A stretch of 61,485 nt of DNA, filler included, from Rhabdomonas costata (GCA_019059605.1; 23 parts of 23 records of this genome joined end to end with filler, not necessarily neighbours in it); one strand, 5' to 3'. Shown: positions 36,256 to 49,560, counted from the whole stretch's first letter. The notes: generated by a model from the letters alone, not told the origin. Program-made: numbers and translations.

Positions 36256-37030
36256 GACCCTCTGTCGCTTGTCCCGCTGCCCGAAGAGATCTTCAATGGG
36301 CCTGTCCCCGATGGCAAAAGTGCATGTGCGTACTGCCAGCCCTTTGTGTATGCTTCCCATCTGTCTCGGTTGCGCAACTAGGCTTTTTCTTTTGCGCCTT
36401 TTTGAATATGGAGCGAGAACGGACTCTGGTTGCGGTTCTCTTTTCTTTCTCTTATCGAGCGCGAGGCATTGTTTGATAAGTTGCCTGTAACCTTTTTGGA
36501 TTGGGGGGTTAAAGCGTGTGATGCAATTTCGTTGGCAACGTTTTTGTGCCCTTCTGCATATGAAATGTATGTGCTGTGTATTGGTATGTGATTTGTGTTG
36601 CTGTAGGAAACACCACCTTCGTGTGTCTTATATAGGGATGAGAGCAGCAAGCACTGCCGGAAGTGTGACCGCTGCACACGTGGATTCGACCATCACTGCA
36701 AGAATGTGCCCACCACTTCCACCACCACCTCTCTACTTTCTCTTGGAAAAGCTCGTTCACACGCACGTACATATCCGTGGTTACTTTTGTGCAGAGTGTG
36801 GCTCCATTCCAGCTTTTTGCTCCGCAGTTGTCAAGTCAGTTGCGGTTGAACCCAGAGGTCCGCGCCACTTCAGCTGAGGAATCACGTCTCCACAAGCCAG
36901 AAGGGGGCAAATATATATCACCGGAAAAAACAAACGCGTTCTTTCAGGTAGAAGCAAAGAATGAATTGCCATTTTGCCATGCCCTTTCTTTTAGGTGGCT
37001 TAACACCTGCATTGGCGAGTACAACCTCCG
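36256..37030 (+). CDS. DHHC palmitoyltransferase cysteine-rich domain, partial
   Basis: Exons 36256-36347, 36636-36701 and 36995-37030 rebuild DP..CAYCQPFVDESSKHCRKCDRCTRGFDHHCKWLNTCIGEYN. The second intron needs a GA donor. Confidence 0.9.
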
Positions 37031-37941
37031 GTGTGCAAGTTTCTCCATTGTTTCTGGCAGAGTGAGAGCGAGAGAATGCGACCGAGGAGGAGGAATGAAG
37101 AAATGCTGCGGCTTTTCTTTCTTGATTTTTTCTCATGCTGCTCTTTCTTGCTTGAGCTCTCACATGCTTGAACGTCGACGTACATTCTTACGCACCCACA
37201 CATGCATCATACACCACTCGTACACCTATACTTCGACTGCTCCTTCAAATTTCAATTAACTACTCGATGCTGTCGACAACGGGCATGCTTGGGTGACCGG
37301 TGGGACCGGGGGATTTCTGGTTGGCACTTGCTTGCAGTGCTATCGTTTCACAATCACAATAGTGAATCTCACGTAGACAGCATCCGTTCGTCAAAGANNN
37401 NNNNNNNNNNNNNNNNNNNNNNNNNNNNNNNNNNNNNNNNNTTAATTAATTAANNNNNNNNNNNNNNNNNNNNNNNNNNNNNNNNNNNNNNNNNNNNGGA
37501 TGGTGTGGTTGCACAAAGGCGCTTGTAGGGCACTTGAATTGCCGGTTAGCCTTGCTTGCATCCGAGTTTGTTTGCATTTCTCAACTAAGCTATACAGAAC
37601 CTCAGCGGGGCGCGATATCTCAAGCCTACCAAGAAATAGGACATAATTAAAACATTCGAAAACTTTCCCGCTGCTGTGCAAATGGTGAGCGAATGGGCAC
37701 GCACTGTCGGAACCTCCAAAAAAATATAGTGGCTAGCTAGTGCTGCTCCTTTTTGGTTGTGAGCAAAAGCCACCACAGGAGATGGGAGACGGGACTTCGA
37801 TTCGCTTTCAAATCCACGAAAGGGAATGTTCAGTGAGCAACAGCAAGGATGAACTGAAACACCCACTCAAACCAGGTTCAGCCAGAAAAACGTGATCTAA
37901 ATGAGATGCATTCTTCGCTGAACCACATCCCTGGGACCCTT

Positions 37942-37969
37942 CGCATCCCTTCGAGAGCGAAGGGATGCG
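37942..37969. repeat. 12-bp perfect hairpin with 4-nt loop
   Basis: CGCATCCCTTCG-AGAG-CGAAGGGATGCG, with extra outer pairing GAACCA/TGGTTC at 37920-37925 and 37974-37979. Confidence 0.8.
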
Positions 37970-39029
37970 CGAATGGTTCTTCGTTGCCTCGGTTGCACCG
38001 CAGCCTCAGAACGGCAAGGCAGGTTGGACTTCAAGGCGACTGAAGTTCGGGCGGCAGGAGCTTCATCGCTGTATTTGCAAAGCACAGTTTTCCCGGGAAA
38101 AAATACGCAGCTCCATCACCCACAGCAATGCCTGAGAGATACACTCTTACCACAAATGTATCACATGTTTCTCGACTTCCGTTTTTTTCTCAGAATGGCG
38201 TTCCCATCATTGGGGTGGCGTCTCCCTCACTCAATTTTTTCATTTGTTGTTAAGCTTTGGGAGAGTACCCCAGCCGAGCCCACTATGTACACGTGCAGAG
38301 GTAGAGATAGAGGCAGGGGGTGCAGGGGGAGCAGTTTTTGAGATGGGGGGAGGAAACCCGCCCGAAGACGGTCGCTTTGTCCGTGACCGCGCTTCCGTTT
38401 GCTTTTCTTGCGTCCATCCATTCAATGCTGAAAGAAATATGTTTTACAGAGACATCGCATCAAGGGCGCTCCTTGAAGCGCATGGGAAAATCCTCAGCAC
38501 AGGGGTTGAGTGTTCTATCAGAAGACTTATCCCTCGAGTGGCGCCGTTTCTCTTTCGCGGCGTTACTGGGCCATGCAAAGGAACACGTGCAAGAACTCAA
38601 AAAGCTTTCTGCGCGAGGATACCGCGATATGCACACGCATGCACACCGAACACGACGAAGAGGTCGAGGAATCGCGACGAGCTAAGTGGCTTGTGCAAGC
38701 CTCTTGAATCCTGGAGTTTGCCGGTCTTGCATGTACTGCTCCAGGGAGTCCTTTGTCCCAGGAATACACAAGGGCCACGCCCCCTTCCCCTGTTCCTCTC
38801 AAAACAGCACAGCTCACCTTCTCCAGTGACCCAGTCAATAAAATGAGCTCAATGCAAAAGAAAACCCCTCGCACTGCAGCAACCTCACTCTTCAGAAACG
38901 TCGTCCAAGCGAAAAGTTCAGGCAACTATTATACGACATAACGGCGGTATAAGTGTGCAAGCGGAAAGGCCAACCTGGAAACCTCTCAAACAAACACTTG
39001 TAGTGTGAAAGAAGCGAAAGGAGGTCAAC

Positions 39030-39158
39030 CTGCTGGGAAGACAGGCGCAGGGCAACCTCAGCGGCGGCGGAGGTTAGAAGGTCCGGGGATTGCCCGTGCT
39101 GCTGAGGAAGGAGGTTCCCCGTCTCACGCAGAAGGACGTCCAGGGAATCGGTGAACAT
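39030..39158 (-). CDS. Hypothetical protein, probable first coding exon
   Basis: ATG..MFTDSLDVLLRETGNLL..ALRLSSQQ|gt, 43 codons, GC3-rich. Confidence 0.3.
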
Positions 39159-39823
39159 AGTCGGTAAGGCGTGTATGCGTGTGGTCAGGTTTGCTTTGGC
39201 TGAAAATGAAACGGAGGCTGGTCGTCCGATGGACGAGCACTTACAGGGGCGTGGGTGGAAAAACCATCGCAAGGAATGAGGGATCGGAAAAGAAGAATGA
39301 TCAGAAAAGGCTGTGAGGTAAAAAGCCTGCCCAGATTGCCAGGCAATGCAGGCGATGCAGAGAAGCGACTGAAAACCAAGCGAACTCAGGATTTTCCAAT
39401 CAATAAAAAAGGAGGCAACTTTGCGACAAGGACGAAATCGCGTTAATGACGCTCAGGGTGCGAATGGAAAATGAAGACGGGGGCACCAGCACACCTGGGT
39501 ATCAACCAGCATTAGAGGTATTACAATTGATCAAAATGTATACCAAGGCTATATCATATCACATCTTCCCTCCTTCCCACCTCAGAATGCACCCTAACAA
39601 TAACCTCGTCTTCGTAACCGGTCACAGGAGTGAGGGACGAAAGAAGATGCGTTGCAGCTCCCTCCTTCCCAACGCAAGCCTGAGGAGCGCCGCCACCACC
39701 ACCCAAAACAAACTGTGACAAGGAGCAAAAACTATCCACGCGCACGTGCTGTGACAAAAGTAACGCCCACAAAGGGCAGATCTGTGGCTCAGTCCTGAGC
39801 CTCAGTGCCTCTGTGAGCCTGTC

Positions 39824-39957
39824 TCAGTCAAGCTCAGCCTCCATCTCCGTCTGAAGGCCCTCGGCCACGGGCTCGGGCGCCGCTCCAGCGTCCTCAGCAG
39901 CGTCTGTCGCGGCTGGAGCTTCCTCGGACCCAACATCGCCGGCAGTGCGCGGAGGCT
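39824..39957 (-). CDS. Hypothetical protein, acidic terminal exon
   Basis: cag|..PPRTAGDVGSEEAPAATDAAEDAG..EMEAELD then TGA. Confidence 0.3.
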
Positions 39958-40464
39958 CTGCAAAGTCCGTGTGATCAGTTGGGGGAAAACGTCACCAGAC
40001 ATGCTATGTCTGATTCTCCTGTGCTGTGTTTTTATATCGTGTTGCAACGGCAGACGCTCAAAGTCCTCCCACAANNNNNNNNNNNNNNNNNNNNNNNNNN
40101 NNNNNNNNNNNNNNNNNNTTAATTAATTAANNNNNNNNNNNNNNNNNNNNNNNNNNNNNNNNNNNNNNNNNNNNGTACCCTTCCCTATCTACTATTCAGT
40201 TTCGAAGAGATTTGATTTCCTAAATTAAACGCAGGGAAAGGAAAGACACATATTCTGCAGAACAGACTCAGAGGTAGAACGCACATATCCCTTCTCCTTT
40301 ATTCTCAGCACAGTTCCCTTCAATGAGGAAGCCATGTCACTGCTTGTGCACTGTTCTGCAAAGGTTACACTGAAATAGGAGAGTATCACCTCGGAGCACG
40401 ACATGTAGTTGGAAGATGCGACAGGACTTCAGTGAGGAACGAGCCCCTCTTCTTGCGCACTAAC

Positions 40465-42751
40465 CTGCCCCGTTGTGGCCCAGCAGGGCGAACAGCGAGT
40501 TCCGCTCAATCTGGAACGACACCCCACCCACGGCGACCTTCTTCTTCAGCACCCCGTAGACCTTGCGCAGATTCATCACCTGTACCCCGATTTTTTCGGC
40601 CTTCTCCCCGCCAAGCTCTTCCTTCCCCGCGAACACTGCCCGGGCCTCCTCCACAATGTCCTGGTCCCAGCCCGACATGTTCGGGGGATCGACAGATGAG
40701 CGCATTCTCCGGAAGCCCCAGAACTCCGGAGTGAAGAGATACCTGAGAAACCCAAGTATTCTGGTCACGTAATACCACAAGAACCGCAACACAGCAGACA
40801 TCCAAGTCAGACTAGCTCAGTAAGGGCAAGAGGAACAAAAAACAGCAACAAACTCAGGGCATCAAAGTGGGCAAGTACTCATTTGTCTCCTTTGTCCAGC
40901 AATTGTCACTACATTCCCCTTTTTCCAGTAGAAAACTTTAAGGAAATTTCATTATTCAACCCGCATGCGACTCCAGCGCATAATGGACAACAAAAAAGGA
41001 AAGGGAAAAGGATTTGAAAAATCACTGGGAACTGGCACCCAGCTCACGTTACTCCCCCCCCCCGTACAAAGGGTGGCAACCATGGGGAGCGGAAGACTCC
41101 CGTGTCTCCAGGGATGATGCTGTCAAAGTATACTGCAAGCAAGAGGTAGATCGCCATGTTGAGCAGCATCCACAGCAGAGAGTCATTCGTCGGAGGAACT
41201 GGGAAGCTCACCGTAGCGAAGCGGTTCCCGCCCCCGTTGGTGAAGTGGTACAGGTCATACTATTGTGTCCGGAAAAAATCACCACAAAACTTGATTTAGA
41301 AAAGCCCCGTTATGGCGAGAACTGTTCTTGCCCACTCAAAGAACAGTAATATTGTGGGACCCAACCCAACCATTAAAGACCACGGAAAAGGATAATTGGA
41401 AAAAGCTCTCACACATCGTTCGGAGGGCGACTGATTTCTTTCATTTATGCATTTTTCTTGCCCACTCAAATTAAATGACAAATCAAAATAGTCGAGAAAT
41501 CGAAAAATGACCCATGCGTTCCAGTTGTGGGTTTCATTCTCCAATTCTCGAAATTTTATTCACAGCAGCTTCACAGCAGACATGGAAAACGCTTGGTTAA
41601 ACTGAAAGCTCATGGAGGTGTTCCTGCCGAACCTACCTGCACTCCGACGAAATCGAAAACAGTGCTCCACTCCCGCCCTGATCCCCCCCTCCCGACATTC
41701 GCACCATCGTGAAGCCAGGCCCCGCAATCAGGTCTCCATTCGCAGCCACCGACTTCACCGTGAGCCGGGCAATGTCCTGATAGCCCTTCGCAAAGCTGAA
41801 CGGCGGGAAAAGCACGAACATCACGTACCGCGGCGCGGCAGTGACCTCTGGAGCGTACCACATGTACAGGCTCTGAGCGTTCCCGAACATCGACAGTAGC
41901 AGGAAGCCAAAGGCAAGGCAGACGAAGCCCAAGGTTGTGGCTGCGCGGGTGGTCCGCACCTGAAAAAGAACAGCAGAACATCAGGTTTGAGCACAAATCC
42001 ATATCTCACCAGAAACAGGCTTATTATTTGCTTTGTAGCCAAGGCGGGAGACTAAGTTTAACTTCACACACATGTGGCGCAGACCAGTGTGGTCGAGTGC
42101 TGCAGTCGCCATTGGATATGCAACGAAACGCACTTCTGGTAACGTCGCTCAACGAAGCAGGAAGCAACCATTACAGAAATCTCGCTCCGCAGCTTAGAAA
42201 AAGAGGAACAGGAATGTGCCCCTGCACCGCAAAGCAACCGAAAAAGTCACCGCGGACCCCAGAGAAAAAGAGGAGAAACGCTGCCAAATCTTGTGATCGA
42301 CGAGCGAGGGGGGGGGAGAAGCCACTCACAGAGACATTGGCAAAGAATGTTGCCAATGTCGTTGTCTCTGTCATCGCTTTGAATTTTTCGCTGCGACCCA
42401 AGCGCTGAACCAGTGGCAATACGCAATTCGCAAGAAAATCCCCAGTTGGTGCCTCAAAACCAGTATTAGGCTCATAATGGACACCCTAGAGCAGCTACCA
42501 GGATCTTGTAGACTAATTTTCCATTCGTATCCGTCAACCCGAAGAACCATCGGTTTGTCGTTTCAAAACATTCTCATCACAAAAATGTCCAGTGTTCAAA
42601 GTCCGGCGCAAAGCGCGTTTTGTGCATGTCAGTCCACAAGCGTTGGGGCACATGGTACGACCAGTGGCACTGTCAAGCCCAGCACGCACCAGGGTGGACA
42701 GGAAAAACGCCATCGCCGTCATCGAGAGCCCAAACATCAGGAAAACCAGGA
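40465..42751 (-). CDS. ABC transporter subfamily A, TMD end to start of NBD, partial
   Basis: Exons 42751-42690, 41959-41705, 41259-41081 and 40742-40465 (GT-AG) give AMAFFLSTLVRTTRAATTLGF..LFPPFSFAKG..YLLLAVYFDSIIPG..RSPWYLFTPEFW..NLRKVY..AVGGVSF..LFALLGHNGAG. LLGHNGAGK is the ABCA Walker A signature. Confidence 0.92.
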
Positions 42752-42851
42752 NNNNNNNNNNNNNNNNNNNNNNNNNNNNNNNNNNNNNNNNNNNNTTAAT
42801 TAATTAANNNNNNNNNNNNNNNNNNNNNNNNNNNNNNNNNNNNNNNNNNNN

Positions 42852-44533
42852 GTGGCTTGAAGGAGTTAAACATCCTCAAAATGGCGAACTCAATGCAAAT
42901 GGTCTTTCCTGACCCTGGCAGGACAAGAGCGGATTGCGTCGGCTTCGACGACGACCAGTAAGCTCAGGGAGGGTTGTGAAGCATCTTTGTAAGCTTCGAA
43001 CTTTATTGAAAGCTCTACCAACGCTTTCGGCTATTTCACAATCACATGCCTTCACGAAACTCTTTGGGCAACATTTGTGAAAGGGAGCGCACTGATACCC
43101 ACCAAACAAAAGAGCAATGAGACTCACCTGTGGGTGCACCCACCAGAATGTTGTCGTCGGTCTGGTACAGGGTGTGGAAGACCTGAGTCTGGATGGGGTT
43201 GAAGTGGGTGAAGCTGGTGTACAGCGCCTCAAACTGCGGATTCCTGTAAACACCACAAGCAGAAGTCAAAAACGGGGGGGACACACATACCAATCACACA
43301 AATACGTATTTCACTGAAGCACAAATTGGAAGCAGGAAACACCTCAAAAGCTATAAAAACGAGAGATGCAACGCTCAAAAGAACCATGGGGTTGCACGGC
43401 GACGGGGAGAATTTCGTCGCGCACACGCAAAGAATCAGAGAACATAAGAAAGAAAAGAGAGAGCACACCGAAGCGCGGACACGGGCAAGGGCTGCAGGTC
43501 CAGAAGCTCTGTGTGGGGAGGGTACTTCTCCGGCAGGATGAGGTACCGGAAGCTGATCGGGAGCACCGTCTCGCTCCACAGCCAGCGCTCGGAAACAGCC
43601 TGCGTGCGGCGGGGACACTTCTCACTTATAAGCCACACCAAAGATCCAAAAGAAACGAGAGGTCTGAAAACAGCACCACTTCACTTCGAGCAGATCTTGA
43701 GGTGCGTGCGGGTGTTTGCCACGCACCCTGATAAAGTACTGCGGGGGCAAGGGCTCCTGGATGGGCACGGTGAAGTAGACGTAGTGCTCCTCCTTCGCGA
43801 AGCGCTGCTTCAAGATGAACTGCTCGTAGTGCAGGATAACCTCCCCGTCGACGTCCTCCACGAGAATCCAGAAGGACTCGCTTTGGCCGTGGACCTGCGC
43901 GTCAGGTACGCTTGTGTGTGTGCGCGCATGGGTTTGGAGATGGGGCGGGGGGCGAACCAAATTCAAAGCCTTTCGCAATACCTGCGACGGGAGGAAGGGG
44001 AGAGCGACCATTAAAAATCCAGGCTATGAGATAAAGCAGACGCAGGCATCGCTGCGACAAATTGTTGATGGTGCTGTTTGGTATGAATCTTCTGCGAATG
44101 AAAATTCATCATGACATTCAAGTCTATTTCAGTTCTCACTGCGGGCTGTGCATTTGTGCAGGGTGCCAAAGCTCAAGCCCAGTGACCGAAACGGCCGCCG
44201 TAGTGATGGCAATGGTGATGCCTTGGCGGTAATGTAGAAGAATGAGGGGTGCAAGTAGTCGAAAGAGTTTGGAGTGGGGGCCCTTCCGCTAACCTTCTCG
44301 TCGAACTGGAAGTCAGGGGTGATGGTGAGCTCCACCCGCAGGGTGGATCGTGTGATGGGTTGTACGTGAGCTGAGAGGTCCAGCCTGGGCAGCTGGTGGA
44401 TCATCCGGTACAAATTCTTGCCGACCTTCTGGTTGCGCACCAAGTCGCCCAGGTCGGTGGGGCTGAGGTCGTAGAACCGGTCCCAGCTGATATCCTTGCG
44501 CTCCAACTTCCGCACGATGTCTTCGGGAATCGC
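42852..44533 (-). CDS. SNRNP200: U5 snRNP 200 kDa helicase Brr2 (first Sec63 domain into second helicase cassette), partial
   Basis: Exons 44533-44294, 43894-43727, 43599-43469, 43243-43128 and 42914-42852, all [116 protein letters not shown]. Confidence 0.96.
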
Positions 44534-46958
44534 CTGAAAACAACACACCGTCTCGGCAGAGGAGGAGGGAGCAACGTTGTCATGGCAGAAATGAGCCAGC
44601 ATCCACAGAAGTCATTTTCACGTTCTCAATGTTGAGCCTTTTGCTATTCTTGGTTGCTTCTCGATTTGTCTCCATACGCGCGAAACTCCCGATAAGGTAG
44701 GGAATGAGGAGCTAAGTCAGCCAGAAAATCTCTCCTCCCATTCCAAAAGTAGAGGCACTTGGCATCAATGTTCAGCCTCCAATGTCCATTACAAATCACA
44801 GCGGTGCACGATCGGAGGCGAGAGGGAATGGAAGGGCATTTGAGGCAATGCGCAAGGCATTGCGGTAGGAGACTCGCAGAAGGAGGAGAAGGACTGAAGC
44901 GAAGGGAGAAGAGATATCCAGAGACTATGAAAAAGAGTAAATTTGAATGCAGGGGGCGCCGCTCGGAGGGTGTGGCTCGGCCATTTCCAGACCCAAAATA
45001 TAAGAGCTGCCGCGGAAAACCTCGGGCAAAATCTGGATTCAGAACTCAAAACCTGGGAACCACCATACCCAGAAGCAAAAAAAAAAGAGTTCAAAAGTGA
45101 GAACGCCTCCCCACATTTAAGAAGAACATACAATGCTATTTTCCATAAGATACATGACATCGTTCGCTATAGCCATTCTTAACCTTTCGCAAAATGTATG
45201 TCCATAAGCAAAAACAAAAAGCGCAGCAAAGCTTTGCGGAGCTCAGCCTTTCGCCTTGGCTCATCATCTGCCTTTCTCCCAGGAGCCCAAAGGATGAGAG
45301 CTCATGAGAAAAAAGCCAAACGGGGATCCGGTTACTAAAACTGTCATCATTGCTCCGGAAAGGCGAAAAAAGCGCGAAGGACAGCAAAAGCTCATGCCTG
45401 CAATGTGCGGCACTGTTCCAAACCCACANNNNNNNNNNNNNNNNNNNNNNNNNNNNNNNNNNNNNNNNNNNNTTAATTAATTAANNNNNNNNNNNNNNNN
45501 NNNNNNNNNNNNNNNNNNNNNNNNNNNNGGTGTTTGGTTTCAGCCCTTTATGACAAAAGAGCTGTCTATTAGGATGAAGAAATATTATGGGCAACCACTA
45601 CAGCACAAGTGGTTGCCATCTCTTGTTTACGTTGATTCTAATGCTCACATGTTTCCATTCCCTGCTGTTTCATTCGTCGTGATGTCAATATCTTGGTGCT
45701 CTTGATCGCTGCACTCGAAGCAACAAACGTGCCTCCATGTTCACTATGGTTCGTGATGCTGTCATGCGTCACGCCCATTAGGCAGCTGCCGAAGAAGTTC
45801 AGCAGCCACAGCCGGGCGAGGGCGAGGAACCACTGTGGGGCCCCACTATGAGTGAGGCATCGGAGCCCACCAATGACGATGGGCTGGCCTCAGATTAGCC
45901 TCTTCAGCAGCAGTTCTGCGCCATGGTGAATCGTAACTGTTTGGCATTAAAACGTTGTGTTTTGCTTACTCCTGGATGTTTTCGTGACCACGCATTGTTT
46001 TCAGTGCTCGGGGTGGTGGCTGATGATGAAGCAAATGCTTACTCTTCCTTGAAAACCTCTGAAGCGACTGTGTTTAGCGCCCGTTTTAAGGGGGAATCGG
46101 AGTCGCGCACAGAATCCAGACACTTTATCCACAATTTCGTCTCGATGCCCCCTATGACTCGAGACGTATTTGGCGGGAAAAGTGCCCTCAAGCCCTCTGC
46201 AATCAACTCAGCAAGTTGATTGCGGGTATTCTGATTGCTTCTGGCGAATTTCTGTCAAACCAGTGTGCACTTTGGTGTTTTGGGCGCCTTTTTTGTTGCC
46301 GTGGCAGTGTCATTCTGCACAACATGTTTGTTTTTTTTAGGATTGTTTGGGTTTTTTCTACTACATTTCGTCACATTTCATTTCACTACATTTCAGCAAT
46401 TTGGGCCTTCACTCTCCGTTTCGAGGGGTTTAGAGGATCTATTCCGCCTACCTGCTGAACGAACAAGGGATACGTAAAGTCGGCGTTTACGACTGGATGA
46501 TGTTTTTTCCGAAATGGGTTTTTTATGATATAAATTTCTGATCATTTTTCGGTGTTAAACGTTTAACGCTCCCCCACCCCACCCATTAAAAAGACCCGGT
46601 GGTGCCTATCCCGATTTTGTGCATCCGGTGGAGTGATGGTGCTAGTAACAGTAGTTCCTTTCCTCTCGCTATACATCATCGTACCCTATACATCTTTGGT
46701 GTTTTATCTGACTTGAGTTGGCCTCGAAAGTTTGGCAGTGGCGATTTTTCACCTCGAATCGATCTTGAGTTCGCCTTTTGTGATGTGTTCCATATCGTAA
46801 AGTGAAGAGGACATCTGCCCCTCAACACAAATCACACCACCGCTCGCTCCCCCTTCCGACAGGCTTAACCGTGGGTAAATAAACGTGGTTTTTTGTTAAT
46901 TCCATAGATTTATCAGCGAATTAGTGCGCACGCTTTTTCGGTCACAGGATTTTTCATT

Positions 46959-48104
46959 ATGCCACGGGTCTCTACGAAATTGTCCTCTCCCCATTTGTTG
47001 GGTGCACTGTCCATTGGACTTACCACCCTTGTCGCACTGTTCCTGGCACGTTTGCGTCGTAGGTTGAGATTATGTCGGCCTTCTCACCCGTCTCCTCACA
47101 CACCTCCACCTTCTCCAGACCGCCGAGGAACATACCTGCTTGTCGGTCCGGCAGGGGGAAAGTCAACACTGGGCCGAAATTTCCTCGAGCGCTTATGCGT
47201 CCTGGATCCCGAGCTCACCATTAACTTTGGGTGCAAAATGAAGAAGGTCGTTGACTTGCGGATGGTGTGCTGCCCCACGGAAAGTGGTCTGCCAACATGG
47301 GAGTGTGGGGTCGACTTTGTGCGATGGTTCTTCCGTTACAACCTTCCCGCGCAGTACGCACAGGTGGTGCTGCGGCGGCGGGTGGTGGTGACCAACCTGG
47401 TGTGGCCCCAGAGCTGTGTGCTGGTGGGATGGCTTCTCAAGGGTCTCGCGAAGAATCTGGGAGTGGAGGTGGCCGCAGTATGTCTGGAACAAGCTGAGTT
47501 GGATCGGCGGATTGCCCAACGTGGGATGGGGGATTGGCTGACCTGGACCAACCCCACATACAGCTGGCACATGCAGTGTCACATACTGCTTCATGGAATT
47601 GCAGTACATCATGGCTTTCCAATTATTTCGTCTGAAAAAATGGAGGAAATCGCCAAAGAAGCGTTGCGCAGAAGTCGGAGCAGTCAGAAGGGATGCGACT
47701 TTGGGCTTCGCCATTCCGAGTACTTCTCTGATGAAAATGGACGATGCCACGTTTTGGTCGAGATCCTTCCATTGACATGGATTCAGTATAGGCTGGACCA
47801 AGAGGAAACCGATGTGGAGTATTTTGAGACGGTGCTCGAGGTATCAGAAGATTTTCGGCGACTTCAGTGTCTGTCCTCTACGGTGTACTGCGCAGGTCAG
47901 CACCGTGAAGGATCACAAACATGTGAAGCCAAATACGAGCTCATTGACGAGTTTTCGGGTTATGCGGAAAACATAGCAAACCGTCAGGTGGGAGCCCACT
48001 ACCAAATCAGAGGTTACAGCCTGCATATCCCAATGTTCCCTGGTCTTGGCATCTGTGACCAGGGTTTCACGTCGGTCAAGCCACCCGTGGTAATACCAAA
48101 CCCC
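46959..48104 (+). CDS. Intronless ORF (at least 382 aa, runs off contig): signal anchor plus P-loop nucleotide-kinase-like domain
   Basis: Longest uninterrupted ORF in the window. Hydrophobic LLGALSIGLTTLVALFL then RLRRRLR, a Pro-rich linker, YLLVGPAGGKSTLG, and a lid-like ELDRRIAQRG. Confidence 0.6.
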
Positions 48105-48215
48105 NNNNNNNNNNNNNNNNNNNNNNNNNNNNNNNNNNNNNNNNNNNNTTAATTAATTAANNNNNNNNNNNNNNNNNNNNNNNNNNNNNNNNNNNNNNNN
48201 NNNNGGTGTGGTTGG

Positions 48216-48246
<31 letters not shown>

Positions 48247-48869
48247 AAAACGAAGGTCGAAAGTACGAAAAAAACGCTAGGGCCGAAGGGGTAGTGAAAG
48301 CAAAGCTACTTCGGCAACCGCTGTTGCAAGGGATGGCCATCGGTGGTGGCCCCACCATTCCGGTGTGGTGTTATGGACCTGGGAATCAGACATGGTTGGT
48401 CTGGGTGCCCGGCTCGCGCCCCAACGGGTATTCCCGGCCCCGGCGGGAATCTAAAGCCAAAGCGGGTAGCCCGTCTTGGATCCTGGCTCCCGTCGGCACC
48501 GGTGTAAAGCCCATGGGGACTGGGCCGCACGGAGCAGTCCCTGCGGATTCTCGTGCAAAGCGGCTTCCTCCCATGTCCGTCCATGTCCGTTTACAGCCGC
48601 AACAAAACAGTGCGACCAAATTCACCACTGGAATCTCGAGTTTATCTTTAACAAATAATCAATTTCATATGTTAGCACCTCTCGGCGTGTGCAGCGGCCT
48701 CGGGCCACCTTTCGAGCTTCGGAGAGGGGAGGTTGAGATTCTCGTATAAAGCAAACAAATCAGAAGCAAAGCAAACGTGTCCATCACTTTCACAGCACAT
48801 TGCCATCACCGGAAGTCCCCCACAACTTCCAGCACATATGTGGGGTCGCTGTGTCATGATCCCATTGTC

Positions 48870-49560
48870 CGAGCTGGAATCGAGGGCTAGACGGTGTGCA
48901 CTGGGGACACCTCCGGGCCTATATGCTTTATTGGCCAGTCCTATAGGCGGGCTGGACCATAGGATACCAAGGTACCCCTGTACTGGGAACCCCTCAAGGC
49001 CCCATGGCACATCTATGGGAGGCACCGGCCCCCTCACATGTGAGGGCGGGCTATACAATAGTGCGGGTGAGGGGCTGCGCGAGCTAAGCTAGATAGGGCC
49101 ACATCAAGTCCCCTTTGCTGCCTAAAGAGCCCTATCGGGGGGCCTATAGGCCAGCTGGATGGACCATACTATACCAAGGTGCCCATATAACCGGAACCCC
49201 TCAGCTAAGGGGGGGGACCCCCATACCCCACAAGTGGTGCCATGATGTCCAATGGTGCGGGTGTGTGTGGCTCCGCGAGCTGGGCTAGACAGGGCAAACT
49301 GAAGGACCACCCCATACCGGCATATAGGCGCTATGGACCAGTCCCATAGGCAGGCTGGACCATAGTAGGTTAGGGTACCCTATACCTCCAACCCCACTAG
49401 GCCCGTTGCCCAGCTATGGGTGGGACCCCCCCCCGACAAGTGGGAGCGGAGTGTGCAACGGTGCGCGTGTGGGGCAATTCAGGCAAGATAGGGCCCCTGT
49501 ATCAAGGGCTCTATACGTTCATGGGCTGTAGGTCATCCTAAGGTATACCATCCCCAAATG
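48870..49560. repeat. Degenerate tandem repeat, about 200-bp period, 3-4 units
   Basis: A block like CTATAGG..GGACCATA..AGGT.CCC recurs near 48935-48980, 49142-49185 and 49338-49380; GCTAGA/AGATAGGGCC-like blocks recur near 48886, 49088, 49284 and 49486. Confidence 0.65.

Noticed and set aside
10724..44533. RNA-processing gene cluster (Clp1, PRKRIP1, Brr2)
   Set aside because: The genes lie on separate contigs placed together only by length.
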